From: Fibrobacteria bacterium
GTDB lineage: Bacteria > Fibrobacterota > Chitinivibrionia > Chitinivibrionales > FEN-1185
Length of the DNA stretch: 64,000 bases
Direction of reading: 5' to 3'
Assembly: GCA_037447435.1 (NCBI GenBank)
Contig: JBBIGR010000018.1
Location: forward strand, 19,561-83,560
Every line of letters starts with the position of its first letter. Within the stretch, counting starts at the first letter, position 1. A program made the position numbers and the translations under genes. This document shows positions 9,672-19,905 of the stretch, piece by piece. The notes beneath the pieces were generated by a model. It was given only the letters and a program-made list of their open reading frames with translations. It made no database searches and was not told the origin of the DNA.

Positions 9672-10124
9672 ATGGAAGTGGTATTAAAGAAAGATCATGA
9701 AAAGTTGGGAAAGGCCATGGAAGTCGTCACGGTGAAAGACGGCTACGCACGGAATTTCCTCATTCCCCAGGGAATCGCCGTCATAGCGACCGAGGGAAAT
9801 AAAAAGGCCGTTGCGGAATCGCGGAAGCTTTCCGACAAACGAGAAGAGAAAAAACTCAAGCAGGCAAGGGTGCAGGCAAAGCAAATCGAAAAAGTGCCTT
9901 GCACCATTAAAGTTAAAGTGGGCGAAGAAGACAAACTTTTCGGTTCGGTCACCACGCAGGAAATCGCGGACTTCTTGACTAAAGAAGGCTTTGCGGTTGA
10001 AAAGCGCGACATCGAACTTGAAGAGCCCATCAAACAGCTTGGGGTATACACCGTTTCGGTAAAGCTTTACAAAGATGAATACGCGAAATTAAAAGTTTGG
10101 GTCGTTAAAGACGAGGCCGCATAA
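9672..10124 (+). CDS. rplI: 50S ribosomal protein L9
   Basis: VKDGYARNFLIPQG, KLFGSVT, PIKQLG. Confidence 0.97.
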   Translation: MEVVLKKDHEKLGKAMEVVTVKDGYARNFLIPQGIAVIATEGNKKAVAESRKLSDKREEKKLKQARVQAKQIEKVPCTIKVKVGEEDKLFGSVTTQEIADFLTKEGFAVEKRDIELEEPIKQLGVYTVSVKLYKDEYAKLKVWVVKDEAA

Positions 10125-10163
10125 GCGGCTTTGGCTTCTGTAATCTCTACAGAGAGGTTTTGA

Positions 10164-11051
10164 ATGAAATTGCAAGGATGTTACGTTGCGATAGTGACGC
10201 CGTTTACAGCGGACGGGCAAATCGACGAAACCGGCTTGCGGTCGAATATCGAATTCCTGATAGAGCGGGGAATCGCAGGGGTTGTTCCTTGTGGGACAAC
10301 CGGCGAATCGGCCACGCTTTCCTGGGACGAACATAACCGCGTTGTCGATATCGCACTCGATCAGGTAAAAGGCCGGATACAGGTTATTGCCGGCGCGGGT
10401 TCCAATAATACTCGTGAGTCAATTGAAGCGGCAAAGCACGCTAAAAAAGTGGGTGCGCAGGCCATTCTTTGCATTACGCCGTATTATAACAAGCCGACAC
10501 AGGAAGGTTTGTATCAACATTATAAGCTTATTGCAACAACGGTCGATATTCCTATTGTGCTTTACAATGTTCCCGGCCGTACCGGCGTCAATATGCTCCC
10601 GCAAACCATAGAACGGCTTTGCGAATTTAAATCGATCGTCGCTGTCAAGGAAGCAAGCGGCAATGTGTTGCAAATATCGGAAATCCACAAGCGATGCGGC
10701 GATCGTCTCACCGTATTGTCGGGCGACGATGCATTGACATTGCCGATTCTTTGTTGCGGCGGCAAAGGCGTTATTTCCGTTGTCGGCAATATTTGGCCGG
10801 AGAAAATGGTTGCGCTTATCAATGCATTCGAACAGGGTGATTTGAAAACGGCTTTGGAGCATCACGAAGCGCTGATGCCTGTTTCAAATGCGATGTTCAT
10901 CGAGACAAATCCCGGCCCGGTTAAAGCGGCGATGAATCATATGGGTTTGGCTGCGGGCTCATTACGGTTGCCGTTGTGGGCTATGGAAAGCGGCAATCGG
11001 ACGAAATTGCTTGCAGTACTTGCGGAAAGCGGAATAAACAAACTCTCATAA
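10164..11051 (+). CDS. dapA: 4-hydroxy-tetrahydrodipicolinate synthase
   Basis: GTTGES, PYYNKP, LYNVPGRT, VKEASG, FIETNPGPVK. Confidence 0.97.
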   Translation: MKLQGCYVAIVTPFTADGQIDETGLRSNIEFLIERGIAGVVPCGTTGESATLSWDEHNRVVDIALDQVKGRIQVIAGAGSNNTRESIEAAKHAKKVGAQAILCITPYYNKPTQEGLYQHYKLIATTVDIPIVLYNVPGRTGVNMLPQTIERLCEFKSIVAVKEASGNVLQISEIHKRCGDRLTVLSGDDALTLPILCCGGKGVISVVGNIWPEKMVALINAFEQGDLKTALEHHEALMPVSNAMFIETNPGPVKAAMNHMGLAAGSLRLPLWAMESGNRTKLLAVLAESGINKLS

Positions 11052-11055
11052 AATG

Positions 11056-11085
11056 GGCATACTGCCGTTCAACCGGCAGTATGCC
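11056..11085. repeat. Perfect 12-bp inverted repeat between dapA and dapB
   Basis: GGCATACTGCCG-ttcaac-CGGCAGTATGCC with no U-tract; followed by a smaller TTCCAA/TTGGAA hairpin. Confidence 0.8.
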
Positions 11086-11148
11086 TTCCAATCCTTTGGA
11101 AGACGGGCCAATGGTTGGAATTTTGGAATGCCGTAATGGAAAACCGCT

Positions 11149-11952
11149 ATGACTACAGATATTATTATTACCGGCAGTTGCGGTAAAATGGGAAAAGAAA
11201 TCGCCGCTTGCGTTTTATCTGATGCGCAATGCCGTCTCGTCGGGTGTATCGAATATAAAGGTCATCCCTCAATCGGAAAAGATTACGGTGAAATTATTGG
11301 CCAGGGCGCTTTGGGTGTTTTGGTTACGGATTCGCTTACCGCCGCTGCGGTTGATTCGAGCGTAATAATTGATTTTACCGCTCCGTCGGCAACAATGTCG
11401 TTTCTCGACGCGATTGATAAAAAGAAAGCTCGCATTGTCGTGGGCACCACCGGAATCGATGCGACCGGCGTTGATAGAATAAAAAAATCGTCACAGGGAA
11501 TGCCGATCGTATACAGCCCGAACATGAGTCTCGGCGTTAATTTACTTTTCATTCTTACCGAGCTTGTTTCGAAACGGCTCGGCGAAACATTCGACATAGA
11601 AATTGTCGAAGCGCATCATCGCTTGAAAAAAGACGCGCCAAGCGGCACTGCGGTGAAACTCGGTGAAATTGCCGCTTCTGCCATAAACATGTCCTATGAC
11701 GAGGCGATTAAAAACGGCAGACAAGGTATGGTCGGCGCACGCACCAATAAAGAAATCGGAATGCATGCGGTGCGCGGTGGCGATATTGTCGGCGACCACA
11801 CCGTTTTGTTTGCAGGTTTGGGCGAACGATTGGAGCTACGTCATATGGCTCATAGTAGAAGCACGTTTGCGCGCGGAGCAGTCACTGCGGCAAAATGGCT
11901 TTCATCGCAAAAGTCGGGTCTCTATTCCATGCGGGATGTTTTAGGCTTGTAA
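11149..11952 (+). CDS. dapB: 4-hydroxy-tetrahydrodipicolinate reductase
   Basis: GKMG, IDFT, VVGTTG, EAHHRLKKDAPSGTA, RGGDIVGDH. Confidence 0.97.
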   Translation: MTTDIIITGSCGKMGKEIAACVLSDAQCRLVGCIEYKGHPSIGKDYGEIIGQGALGVLVTDSLTAAAVDSSVIIDFTAPSATMSFLDAIDKKKARIVVGTTGIDATGVDRIKKSSQGMPIVYSPNMSLGVNLLFILTELVSKRLGETFDIEIVEAHHRLKKDAPSGTAVKLGEIAASAINMSYDEAIKNGRQGMVGARTNKEIGMHAVRGGDIVGDHTVLFAGLGERLELRHMAHSRSTFARGAVTAAKWLSSQKSGLYSMRDVLGL

Positions 11953-12052
11953 AAACCATTATATCAAATATTATAGCTATTTAAAAAGTGTGGTGTTTTA
12001 AAGATAAAATAAAAGCCCATCCAGTCCGAAATCGTACTATGAGGAGCTTTTC

Positions 12053-13405
12053 ATGATCAAACGCATAACCGACTGGAAATATTTGCTTGGTATTGCATTT
12101 TTTGCATTTGGTATTTCTTATGCAAGCCAGGATTCCACAAAGATTTCGACCACAACAACCAAATCCGTAAATTCTCCCGCACCTGAAAAAAATGACAAAC
12201 CTATCGCAAAACCGGCAGTAAACGCTAAGAAAAGCAATTCCAAAGAAGAAATTATCGATGAAGAAGATTTTCTGTTACCGGAAAAAGGTGAATCCGCACC
12301 TCAAAAAACTCCCGCAACAGCAACTCCGGCTCCTTTAAAAAAAGACACTTCGGCAACCAACGCTGCTGCACCTCTCGATACTAACAAACAAAAATCCGAT
12401 TCTGCCGGCGTAGCGGCGCAACAAAAAGCTACGGAAACTCCGGCCGCATCGACGGTAAAAACAGAAACAGCACCTGTTGTTAAGCAAGCGGTCCCGATCA
12501 AAATTGAAGATGTCCGACCAATAAATTTTGCGAGAAACCTCAAGGATTACAAGTCTCCCAAACTTGCCATGATATTGTCTCTCTGTATTCCCGGATTGGG
12601 ACAGGTTTACATAGGTAAAACCTCGAATTATGTAAAAGCCGGGCTTTATGTGCTTGCCGAAGGTGCAATCATCGGGCTCAGTGCCTATTATAACCATAGA
12701 GGCGATACCAAAATCGCCCAGGCAAAAGCGATTGCAAATGGGAATTATGACCCGAAGCTAATGCAACAATACTATGATGATTTAAAGGCCTTTTTTGCAA
12801 GCCCCGATCATGGGAATATGACGGATTCGGCTGCTAAAGACAAAATGAATGAGATTTACTTTGATTCGGCATTGATAAACTTTCAAAATGCCTATAAAAG
12901 CGGTCCGTCTCAGGATTATTACAATACCATTGGTACAAAAGCTTTTGTTCAGGGATGGAAAGATTGCGAGCCAACGCTCTATGCAATTGAGAATGCTGGC
13001 TCCGGCGGTCAAATTACTGGTTCCGGTCAATATAATTATCAGGTAGCAACTAGCGACACAACCACTATGGGTGGATCCGGATCGTATCTTATCAATTTAG
13101 TAGATAAAACTACCAATCAGCCAATTTCCGATGAAACCTTTTACGGTCATTCGGCAAAAGCCGATCAGTACAATTCTATAATCAGCGACGCTAATAATCA
13201 CGATTATAAATATGCGACCAATATATTGTTCGTCATTTTGATCAACCATATCGTTTCCTCGATCGATGCCTTGATAAGTGCAAAAGTTTATAACGACGAA
13301 TTGTTGGGCAAACAATCGTTTCTTGAAAAAATCAGCATAGAACCTGCCTCAACGCTGAGTTTTTCCACCGTGACCCCGGGTATCGCATTAAAGGTAAGGT
13401 TTTAA
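12053..13405 (+). CDS. Exported/membrane protein with KSPxxAxxLSxxxPGxGQxY motif (DUF5683/TM2-like)
   Basis: Signal peptide, low-complexity linker, KSPKLAMILSLCIPGLGQVY, C-terminal ..LKVRF. Confidence 0.7.
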   Translation: MIKRITDWKYLLGIAFFAFGISYASQDSTKISTTTTKSVNSPAPEKNDKPIAKPAVNAKKSNSKEEIIDEEDFLLPEKGESAPQKTPATATPAPLKKDTSATNAAAPLDTNKQKSDSAGVAAQQKATETPAASTVKTETAPVVKQAVPIKIEDVRPINFARNLKDYKSPKLAMILSLCIPGLGQVYIGKTSNYVKAGLYVLAEGAIIGLSAYYNHRGDTKIAQAKAIANGNYDPKLMQQYYDDLKAFFASPDHGNMTDSAAKDKMNEIYFDSALINFQNAYKSGPSQDYYNTIGTKAFVQGWKDCEPTLYAIENAGSGGQITGSGQYNYQVATSDTTTMGGSGSYLINLVDKTTNQPISDETFYGHSAKADQYNSIISDANNHDYKYATNILFVILINHIVSSIDALISAKVYNDELLGKQSFLEKISIEPASTLSFSTVTPGIALKVRF

Positions 13406-14130
13406 TGCTTCGCAACCTTCTTTTTGCGACCGTGTTGTCTGTTGCGGCTTTTTCCGCACATTCACAGGTCGTTGTTCAGGAATTGGGTGTCTCGACCGAT
13501 ACGATAAATGTATTTAAAAAAAGTTCCGAGCCCGAGAAATCCGGGCTTTTAGCCATGGTCGGCTCTATAGTACTTCCCGGTCTTGGTCAGCAATATCTCG
13601 AACAAAACAATAGAGCTTTAGCCTATTACTCGGTGGAAGCTCTTTTTATTTTCGGTGCTTTTTTCTGCAATCATTATTCAAATCAAATTTTGAATGATGC
13701 AAAAGTTTTTGCATGGGACCATGCAAACGTTATTGGGGGAGCAGGCGCTAACAATCAGTTTTGGGCCGATGTCGGTATTTACGACGAATCGGATGGTCTT
13801 AATCAATCGATTTCGCGGGGGCACAATAAATACATGGAATTGGCCTATCGCAATCAGGACAAGGATTATTTGACGGAAAATCTTCAATGGCGATGGGACG
13901 ACACGGAGAACCGGAAAAAATACAGCGCGTTACTTGATAAATCGAAAGCCTATAATGTTGCTTCCTCCTTTTTTCTGGGCGCAATGGTTTTAGACCGTTT
14001 GGTTTCATTCATCGATGCGCGTGTGTCGGCCCAGAAAGCGGCGACATCGGTTGTTTCCTCGGTTCATATTGTCCCGCAATATGATCCTTTTCACGGTTCT
14101 TCTGGCGCAAGTCTTCACGCAGAATTCTGA
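13405..14130 (+). CDS. Paralogous exported/membrane protein (same PGLGQxY family)
   Basis: KSGLLAMVGSIVLPGLGQQY and SFIDA motifs shared with the upstream gene; terminal Phe; 1-nt overlap. Confidence 0.7.
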   Translation: MLRNLLFATVLSVAAFSAHSQVVVQELGVSTDTINVFKKSSEPEKSGLLAMVGSIVLPGLGQQYLEQNNRALAYYSVEALFIFGAFFCNHYSNQILNDAKVFAWDHANVIGGAGANNQFWADVGIYDESDGLNQSISRGHNKYMELAYRNQDKDYLTENLQWRWDDTENRKKYSALLDKSKAYNVASSFFLGAMVLDRLVSFIDARVSAQKAATSVVSSVHIVPQYDPFHGSSGASLHAEF

Positions 14131-14136
14131 ACCACT

Positions 14137-15102
14137 ATGCCGCTATGCCTATCCTGTAAAAATCTGCATGTTTCGTTTTATCAGGACGAAGGCGTTGGTC
14201 GTGCGGTAAGCGGGCTTTCGTTCGATGTCATGCAAACCAAATCACTCGGTATTGTCGGCGAGTCGGGATGCGGGAAAAGTGTGACCGCTTTATCGCTGAT
14301 GCGACTGGTTCCCCAACCGCCCGGTCGCATTACGCAAGGCGAAATAGAATTCGAAGGCAAAAATATCCTTGCGCTTTCCAAAAAAGAAATGCACGCCTTG
14401 CGCGGCAATAAAATGTCGATGATTTTTCAAGACCCCATGACGTCTCTCAACCCGGTCTACACCTGCGGGCACCAGATCGCGGAAAGCGTTTCGTTTCATC
14501 AAAACGCAACCCCAAAGCAAGCCAATGACCGGGCACTTGAAATGCTGGACAAAGTCGGCATTCCCCGGCCCGCGGATGTTGCGAAAAGTTATCCGCATCA
14601 ATTGTCGGGCGGCATGCGCCAGCGTGTCATGATAGCAATGGCATTGGCATGTACGCCTGCATTGCTCATTGCCGACGAGCCCACTACGGCGCTTGACGTT
14701 ACGGTTCAGGCAAAGATCCTTGATTTGCTATTGTCGTTGCAGCAGGCAATGAATATGAGCATGATCATGATTACCCATGACCTTGGTGTCGTGGCCGATA
14801 TCGCCCATGATGTGCTGGTCATGTATGCGGGTGAGGCAATGGAATATGCTTCAACGCAATCGCTTTTTTCCTCGCCTTTGCATCCGTACACCCAAGGTCT
14901 TTTAGCCACAATTCCCGATATAGACAAAAAGGAATCAAGACTCAAAGTGATTCCGGGCGAAGTGCCTTCGCCGCTTTCGATACCGAAAGGTTGCCCGTTT
15001 CATCCCCGTTGCGACAGAAAAATGCCTCGATGCGAGATTGAACATCCCGGATACTATGAGGTGCAACATTCTCATTTCGTACGGTGTTTTTTATATGCCT
15101 AA
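14137..15102 (+). CDS. Oligopeptide/dipeptide ABC transporter ATPase (OppD/DppD-like)
   Basis: [29 protein letters not shown] and C-terminal GCPFHPRC. Confidence 0.93.
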   Translation: MPLCLSCKNLHVSFYQDEGVGRAVSGLSFDVMQTKSLGIVGESGCGKSVTALSLMRLVPQPPGRITQGEIEFEGKNILALSKKEMHALRGNKMSMIFQDPMTSLNPVYTCGHQIAESVSFHQNATPKQANDRALEMLDKVGIPRPADVAKSYPHQLSGGMRQRVMIAMALACTPALLIADEPTTALDVTVQAKILDLLLSLQQAMNMSMIMITHDLGVVADIAHDVLVMYAGEAMEYASTQSLFSSPLHPYTQGLLATIPDIDKKESRLKVIPGEVPSPLSIPKGCPFHPRCDRKMPRCEIEHPGYYEVQHSHFVRCFLYA

Positions 15103-16102
15103 TAACCAAATGCCGCATAACGATCATAGTATCGAAATCGATAACCTCAGGGTCCATTTTCCGATTCTTAAGGGAATTTTCGGAACAATCGTCGGGCATG
15201 TTAAGGCTGTCGACGGGGTATCGTTTTGCGTGCGACGCGGCGAGGTTTTTGCAATTGTCGGTGAATCGGGATGCGGTAAAACTACCATTGCCCATGCTCT
15301 TATGGGGTTGGTCAAAAAAACAGATGGGTTCATAAAACTGGCGATCGGGCCATTTAAAGAAAAAGGCATTGATTGGGATTCGTCGAGTAAAAAAGATTGC
15401 GCACTTATGCGGCGAAGCATTCAAATGATTTTTCAAGATCCTTTTTCGTCGTTAAACCCCCGAATGACCGTTCGCACCCTTATTGAGGAACCTTTGATTA
15501 TTCACGGGCTCGGCAATGCAAAAAAACGGCACGAGCGAGTTTTAGACTTGCTTGACAATGTAGGGCTTTCGAAGGATTTCATCAATAGATATCCGCATGA
15601 ATTTTCCGGGGGCCAACGTCAGAGAATCGGTATCGCACGCGCACTTGCAGTATCACCGGAAATCGTTATTGCCGATGAACCGGTTAGCGCTTTGGACGTT
15701 TCGATTCGAGCACAAATCATTAATTTATTACAAGAGCTGCGGGAACGTTTTAATCAAACGCTTGTTATTATTTCCCATGATTTGGCTGTTGTGCGGCATA
15801 TGGCTAACCGCATCGCAGTCATGTATCAGGGCCGCATAATGGAAATGGGTACCGAAGCGCAGATTTTTACCAACCCGACGCATCCGTATACGAAGGCGCT
15901 ATTGTCAAGTATTCCCATCGTTGGTAAAGGCAGAAAACGGAAACTCGCTCCACTTGCCGACGAGAGACCCGTGATGGAATCAATAACGGGTTGCCCATTT
16001 TATCCCCGATGCGGTTCGGGTACCGGCGATTGCCTCAGCAATGATATTGTACTCACCGATATCGGCGATAACCACTTGGTTGCCTGCATTCATAATTCAT
16101 GA
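15095..16102 (+). CDS. Oligopeptide/dipeptide ABC transporter ATPase (OppF/DppF-like)
   Basis: VKAVDGVSF, GESGCGKT, FSGGQRQR, ADEPVSALD; start placed at the ATG at 15095. Confidence 0.93.
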   Translation: MPNNQMPHNDHSIEIDNLRVHFPILKGIFGTIVGHVKAVDGVSFCVRRGEVFAIVGESGCGKTTIAHALMGLVKKTDGFIKLAIGPFKEKGIDWDSSSKKDCALMRRSIQMIFQDPFSSLNPRMTVRTLIEEPLIIHGLGNAKKRHERVLDLLDNVGLSKDFINRYPHEFSGGQRQRIGIARALAVSPEIVIADEPVSALDVSIRAQIINLLQELRERFNQTLVIISHDLAVVRHMANRIAVMYQGRIMEMGTEAQIFTNPTHPYTKALLSSIPIVGKGRKRKLAPLADERPVMESITGCPFYPRCGSGTGDCLSNDIVLTDIGDNHLVACIHNS

Positions 16103-16806
16103 ACTGCATACTTCTTTTCTCAACCGATTTTATCGGAGAAAAAAGCGTCGCAATTACGGATAAAAGATTAGATCATATCAGGCAAGTTCATAAAGCATCG
16201 AGCGGAGATTCCTTGCGAGTTGGAATCCTGAATGGAAAGCTCGGAATCGGGATAATCCGTTCTCTGGATGGAACTTCCTGCGTCATGGATGTTGATTTGA
16301 TGGAAAAACCGCCCGTTGCGATGCCGCTGACGTTGGTTTTGGCCTTACCCAGACCCAAAGTTTTCCGGAGAGTATTGGAATGCATCACTGCAATGGGGGT
16401 CAAAAAGATTTATGTCATAGAAACCTGGCGCGTGGAAAAAGGATATTGGGACAGTCCTTTTTTAAAAGATGAAGAAATTCGATCTCATTGCATCGCCGGA
16501 TTGGAACAGGCACGCGATACAGTCATGCCAAGCATAGAATTTAAAAAAAAATTTAAGCCTTTTGCCGAAGACGATATTCCCGAAATAATTAAAAATACGC
16601 AAGCGCTTGTCGCGCATCCAGGCTCGCAGTCCCCATGCCCGTCTGGGATTTTAGGCCCGATAACCCTTGCTATCGGACCGGAAGGCGGATTTATCCCTTT
16701 TGAAGTTGAATTATTAAAAAAGCAAGGATTCAAAGCAGTCAACTTCGGAAGCCGCATATTGCGTGTGGAGCATGTTATACCCGCAATTTTAGGCAAATTG
16801 TTTTAG
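16099..16806 (+). CDS. rsmE: 16S rRNA m3U1498 methyltransferase (SPOUT)
   Basis: LALPRPK, EQARD, IGPEGGF, GSRILRVE. Confidence 0.9.
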   Translation: MNCILLFSTDFIGEKSVAITDKRLDHIRQVHKASSGDSLRVGILNGKLGIGIIRSLDGTSCVMDVDLMEKPPVAMPLTLVLALPRPKVFRRVLECITAMGVKKIYVIETWRVEKGYWDSPFLKDEEIRSHCIAGLEQARDTVMPSIEFKKKFKPFAEDDIPEIIKNTQALVAHPGSQSPCPSGILGPITLAIGPEGGFIPFEVELLKKQGFKAVNFGSRILRVEHVIPAILGKLF

Positions 16807-16840
16807 ATCGGAGCGCCTGGTACCAACTATTTTTTATAGC

Positions 16841-17764
16841 ATGAATACACTACCAAACCGAAACGATCCGTGCTATTGCGGCAGCGGGAAAAAATATAAG
16901 AAATGTCACATGCTTTCCGATGCGGTCGCGCCAGCGCAACCATCACCTGGCCGGCCCCATTATATCAAAACTGCCCGTGAAATAGAGGGTATGCGTAAAG
17001 CAGGTGCATTCAACGGCGAACTGATGGATTATATGCGCCAATTTGTCAAGGAAGGCGTTTCGACCGGCGAATTGGACCGTATTGCACACGACTATACTAT
17101 TAAGAACAAGGCAATACCAGCCTGCCTCAATTACAAAGGCTATCCTAAGTCCATTTGCACCTCCATAAACAATGTCGTTTGCCATGGCATTCCCAGCGAC
17201 ACGGAAGTCCTTAAAAACGGGGATATAGTCAATGTTGATTTAACGTCGATTGTCGACGGCTTTTTCGGCGATTCGTCGGAGACTTTTATAATAGGAACTG
17301 GTTCGCCAGAGGCTATACATCTTGTAACCGTTACCGCCCGTGCTCTGCAACTCGGAATCGAAGCCTGCTTAGCGGGAAATCATTTACGCGCCATTGCCCA
17401 GGCCATTGAGCCGTTCGTCACTTCGAAAGGGTGTTCGGTTGTTCATCAGTACACCGGCCATGGGATCGGTACGAATTTTCATGAGTTTTTCAGCGTTTAT
17501 CACCATATCGCAAGAGACTGCGACGACGTTATTTTGCAACCCGGAATGACCCTGACCGTTGAGCCGATGATAAATCTGGGCCATTGGGATGTGATTACCG
17601 ATAAAAAGGATAAATGGACCGTTCGCACGAAAGACGGTTCTCTTTCCGCTCAATTCGAACACACGATACTAATCACGGAAAACGAACCGCAAATTCTTAC
17701 GCTGACCCCTTCTGAAAAAGCGACTCGTGCCGTTTTGCCCGGACTAGCCAAGGGCAATATATGA
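16841..17764 (+). CDS. map: Type I methionine aminopeptidase with N-terminal SEC-C motif
   Basis: RNDPCYCGSGKKYKKCH; CTSINNVVCHGIP, GHGIG, TVEPMIN, SAQFEHT. Confidence 0.96.
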   Translation: MNTLPNRNDPCYCGSGKKYKKCHMLSDAVAPAQPSPGRPHYIKTAREIEGMRKAGAFNGELMDYMRQFVKEGVSTGELDRIAHDYTIKNKAIPACLNYKGYPKSICTSINNVVCHGIPSDTEVLKNGDIVNVDLTSIVDGFFGDSSETFIIGTGSPEAIHLVTVTARALQLGIEACLAGNHLRAIAQAIEPFVTSKGCSVVHQYTGHGIGTNFHEFFSVYHHIARDCDDVILQPGMTLTVEPMINLGHWDVITDKKDKWTVRTKDGSLSAQFEHTILITENEPQILTLTPSEKATRAVLPGLAKGNI

Positions 17765-18972
17765 AAAATCAACGGCTGTACGACACCGATGTGCCTCCTC
17801 CGAGCGAACGGGTCGTCTTGGCTGGTATTCGTCTTGGGAACCAGGATGAAGCCTTGTTCGAAATCGATATGAAAGAAATGGAAATGCTATGTGCAACCGC
17901 CGGGGCCACCATTATCGAAACCGTAGTTCAGAATAGGCCGTCTCCGGTATCATCGACCTACATCGGCAGCGGAAAACTGGCCGAAATCAGCGGGATTATG
18001 CGGGAAAAACAGTGCAAAACAGTCATCATCGATGCCCAACTTTCGGCGGCTCAGGTACGGAACATTGAAAAAGTAATCGAAGGCAAGGTTATAGACCGCA
18101 GCCAATTGATTCTTGATATTTTTGCGAAGCATGCCCGAACCAATGAGGCAAAAATTCAAGTCGAGCTTGCACAGATGAAAGCATTGTACCCCAGGTTGAC
18201 GCATGCTTGGACGCATTTTTCGCAACAGGTCGGCGGCATAGGCACCAAAGGTCCGGGCGAAAAACAGCTTGAGGTTGACAGAAGGATAATACAGAAAAAG
18301 ATAAGCGACTTGAAAGACAAACTGAAAAAGGTTGAAAAAGCGCGCGAAACTCAAAGAAAATCGCGGGATGGTGCCTTTAAAGTAACCCTTGTCGGATATA
18401 CCAATGTCGGAAAGTCGTCGCTGCTTAACAAATTGTCAAACGCTGACGTGCTCGTGGAAAACAAGCTTTTTGCAACCCTTGATACTGCCACGCGCAGGAC
18501 CTTTATTCAGGGTATCGGCGAAATTGTTATATCCGATACCGTGGGATTTTTGCGAAAACTGCCGCATGATTTGGTCGCTTCTTTCAAGGGAACCTTGGAG
18601 GTCGTATCGCAGGCGGATCTGCTGATTATTGTCATGGACGCATCGTGCACATGGTCAAAGCATCAATTGCAAACGGTAAAAGAAGTACTGACCGATCTTA
18701 AGGCGGATACAATTCCCCACATCATGGTTTTCAACAAAATCGACCGGGTTCCGAATCCTGTCGAGCGTAAACGACTGAGCGTTCAATTTCCGGATGCCTT
18801 GTTTGTCTCCGCTTTTTCCGATTCGGACATGCGCACGGTTAAAGAACGTATTGCCGAAATTGTGAAAAATTACAAAAACGAGGCAGCCATGTCGGCAATA
18901 ATCGCGAAAAAGACAAAGGAACTTTCGGCAGGTCCGGACGATTCCCAAGGATTGCCTTGGGAGAATGAGTAG
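17761..18972 (+). CDS. hflX: GTPase HflX
   Basis: LILDIFAKHA, GPGEKQLEVDRR, GYTNVGKSS, LFATLD, DTVGF, NKID. Confidence 0.97.
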   Translation: MKNQRLYDTDVPPPSERVVLAGIRLGNQDEALFEIDMKEMEMLCATAGATIIETVVQNRPSPVSSTYIGSGKLAEISGIMREKQCKTVIIDAQLSAAQVRNIEKVIEGKVIDRSQLILDIFAKHARTNEAKIQVELAQMKALYPRLTHAWTHFSQQVGGIGTKGPGEKQLEVDRRIIQKKISDLKDKLKKVEKARETQRKSRDGAFKVTLVGYTNVGKSSLLNKLSNADVLVENKLFATLDTATRRTFIQGIGEIVISDTVGFLRKLPHDLVASFKGTLEVVSQADLLIIVMDASCTWSKHQLQTVKEVLTDLKADTIPHIMVFNKIDRVPNPVERKRLSVQFPDALFVSAFSDSDMRTVKERIAEIVKNYKNEAAMSAIIAKKTKELSAGPDDSQGLPWENE

Positions 18973-19008
18973 GCTTCGCATAATCCTTTCCTATCACGGA
19001 AAGCTCCT

Positions 19009-19905
19009 ATGAAAAAAGCGGTTTCCTTTCTTAAACCCGAACATCTTGCGCCGATAAGAAGCCTTTCTTTACGCGCAAAAAGCATTGTCGAAGGTACTAT
19101 CGCGGGCTTGCATAAAAGCCCCTATCACGGTTTCTCGGCCGAATTCCTCGAATACCGTTCGTATCAAAGCGGAGAAGACTCCAGAAAAATAGATTGGCGG
19201 AAGTTTGCCAAAACGGGCAAATCGGTTGTCAGGCTCTTTGAAGACGAAACAAATTTATTTGCCACGGTATTAATTGACAAAAGCGGGTCAATGGGATTTT
19301 CGCAAGGCTCGGAAATGAGTAAATTCGAATATGCGAGGACGTTGGCAGCATCGCTGTGCTGGATACTTATTCGACAGCGCGACGCAGTAGGACTCTGCGC
19401 CTTTGACAGCGATCAATCGTTATATTTGCCTCCAAAATCCACCAATGCGCAATTGAATGCCATTTTAACGAGTCTCAATGCCATGGAAAGCGGTAAAGAA
19501 ACCAGGTGCGGTACTTGTTTGGAACGTATGGCAAGGGGTATGTCTCGAAGAGGAATGTGCATCGTCATATCAGATTTTTTCGATGATCCTAAGGAAATAA
19601 TCCGTGGTTTGCGGCATCTGCGTTTTAAGAAACAGGACGTTTTAGCAGTATGGCTTTTGGACCCTGCAGAGGCGGTCTTTGCCCCAGGGGAATCCTGTGA
19701 AATGATAGATATGGAAACGGAAACGATCGTTAAGCTTGACAAAAGAACGGCTCAAGAATATTTTGCGGTTTCCATGGCCTCCCATCGGAAGGCTATAGAA
19801 ACCGCATGCACCGATTTGCATATTTCCATGGAAACCATTGTGACCGATGAACCGTTTGCAAAAGCGTTGATACGTATTCTGCAAAAACGAAAGCGATTGC
19901 TTTGA
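19009..19905 (+). CDS. DUF58 / vWA-like protein
   Basis: GLHKSPYHGFSAEFLEYRSY..GEDSRKIDWR, DKSGSM, ISDF. Confidence 0.9.
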   Translation: MKKAVSFLKPEHLAPIRSLSLRAKSIVEGTIAGLHKSPYHGFSAEFLEYRSYQSGEDSRKIDWRKFAKTGKSVVRLFEDETNLFATVLIDKSGSMGFSQGSEMSKFEYARTLAASLCWILIRQRDAVGLCAFDSDQSLYLPPKSTNAQLNAILTSLNAMESGKETRCGTCLERMARGMSRRGMCIVISDFFDDPKEIIRGLRHLRFKKQDVLAVWLLDPAEAVFAPGESCEMIDMETETIVKLDKRTAQEYFAVSMASHRKAIETACTDLHISMETIVTDEPFAKALIRILQKRKRLL

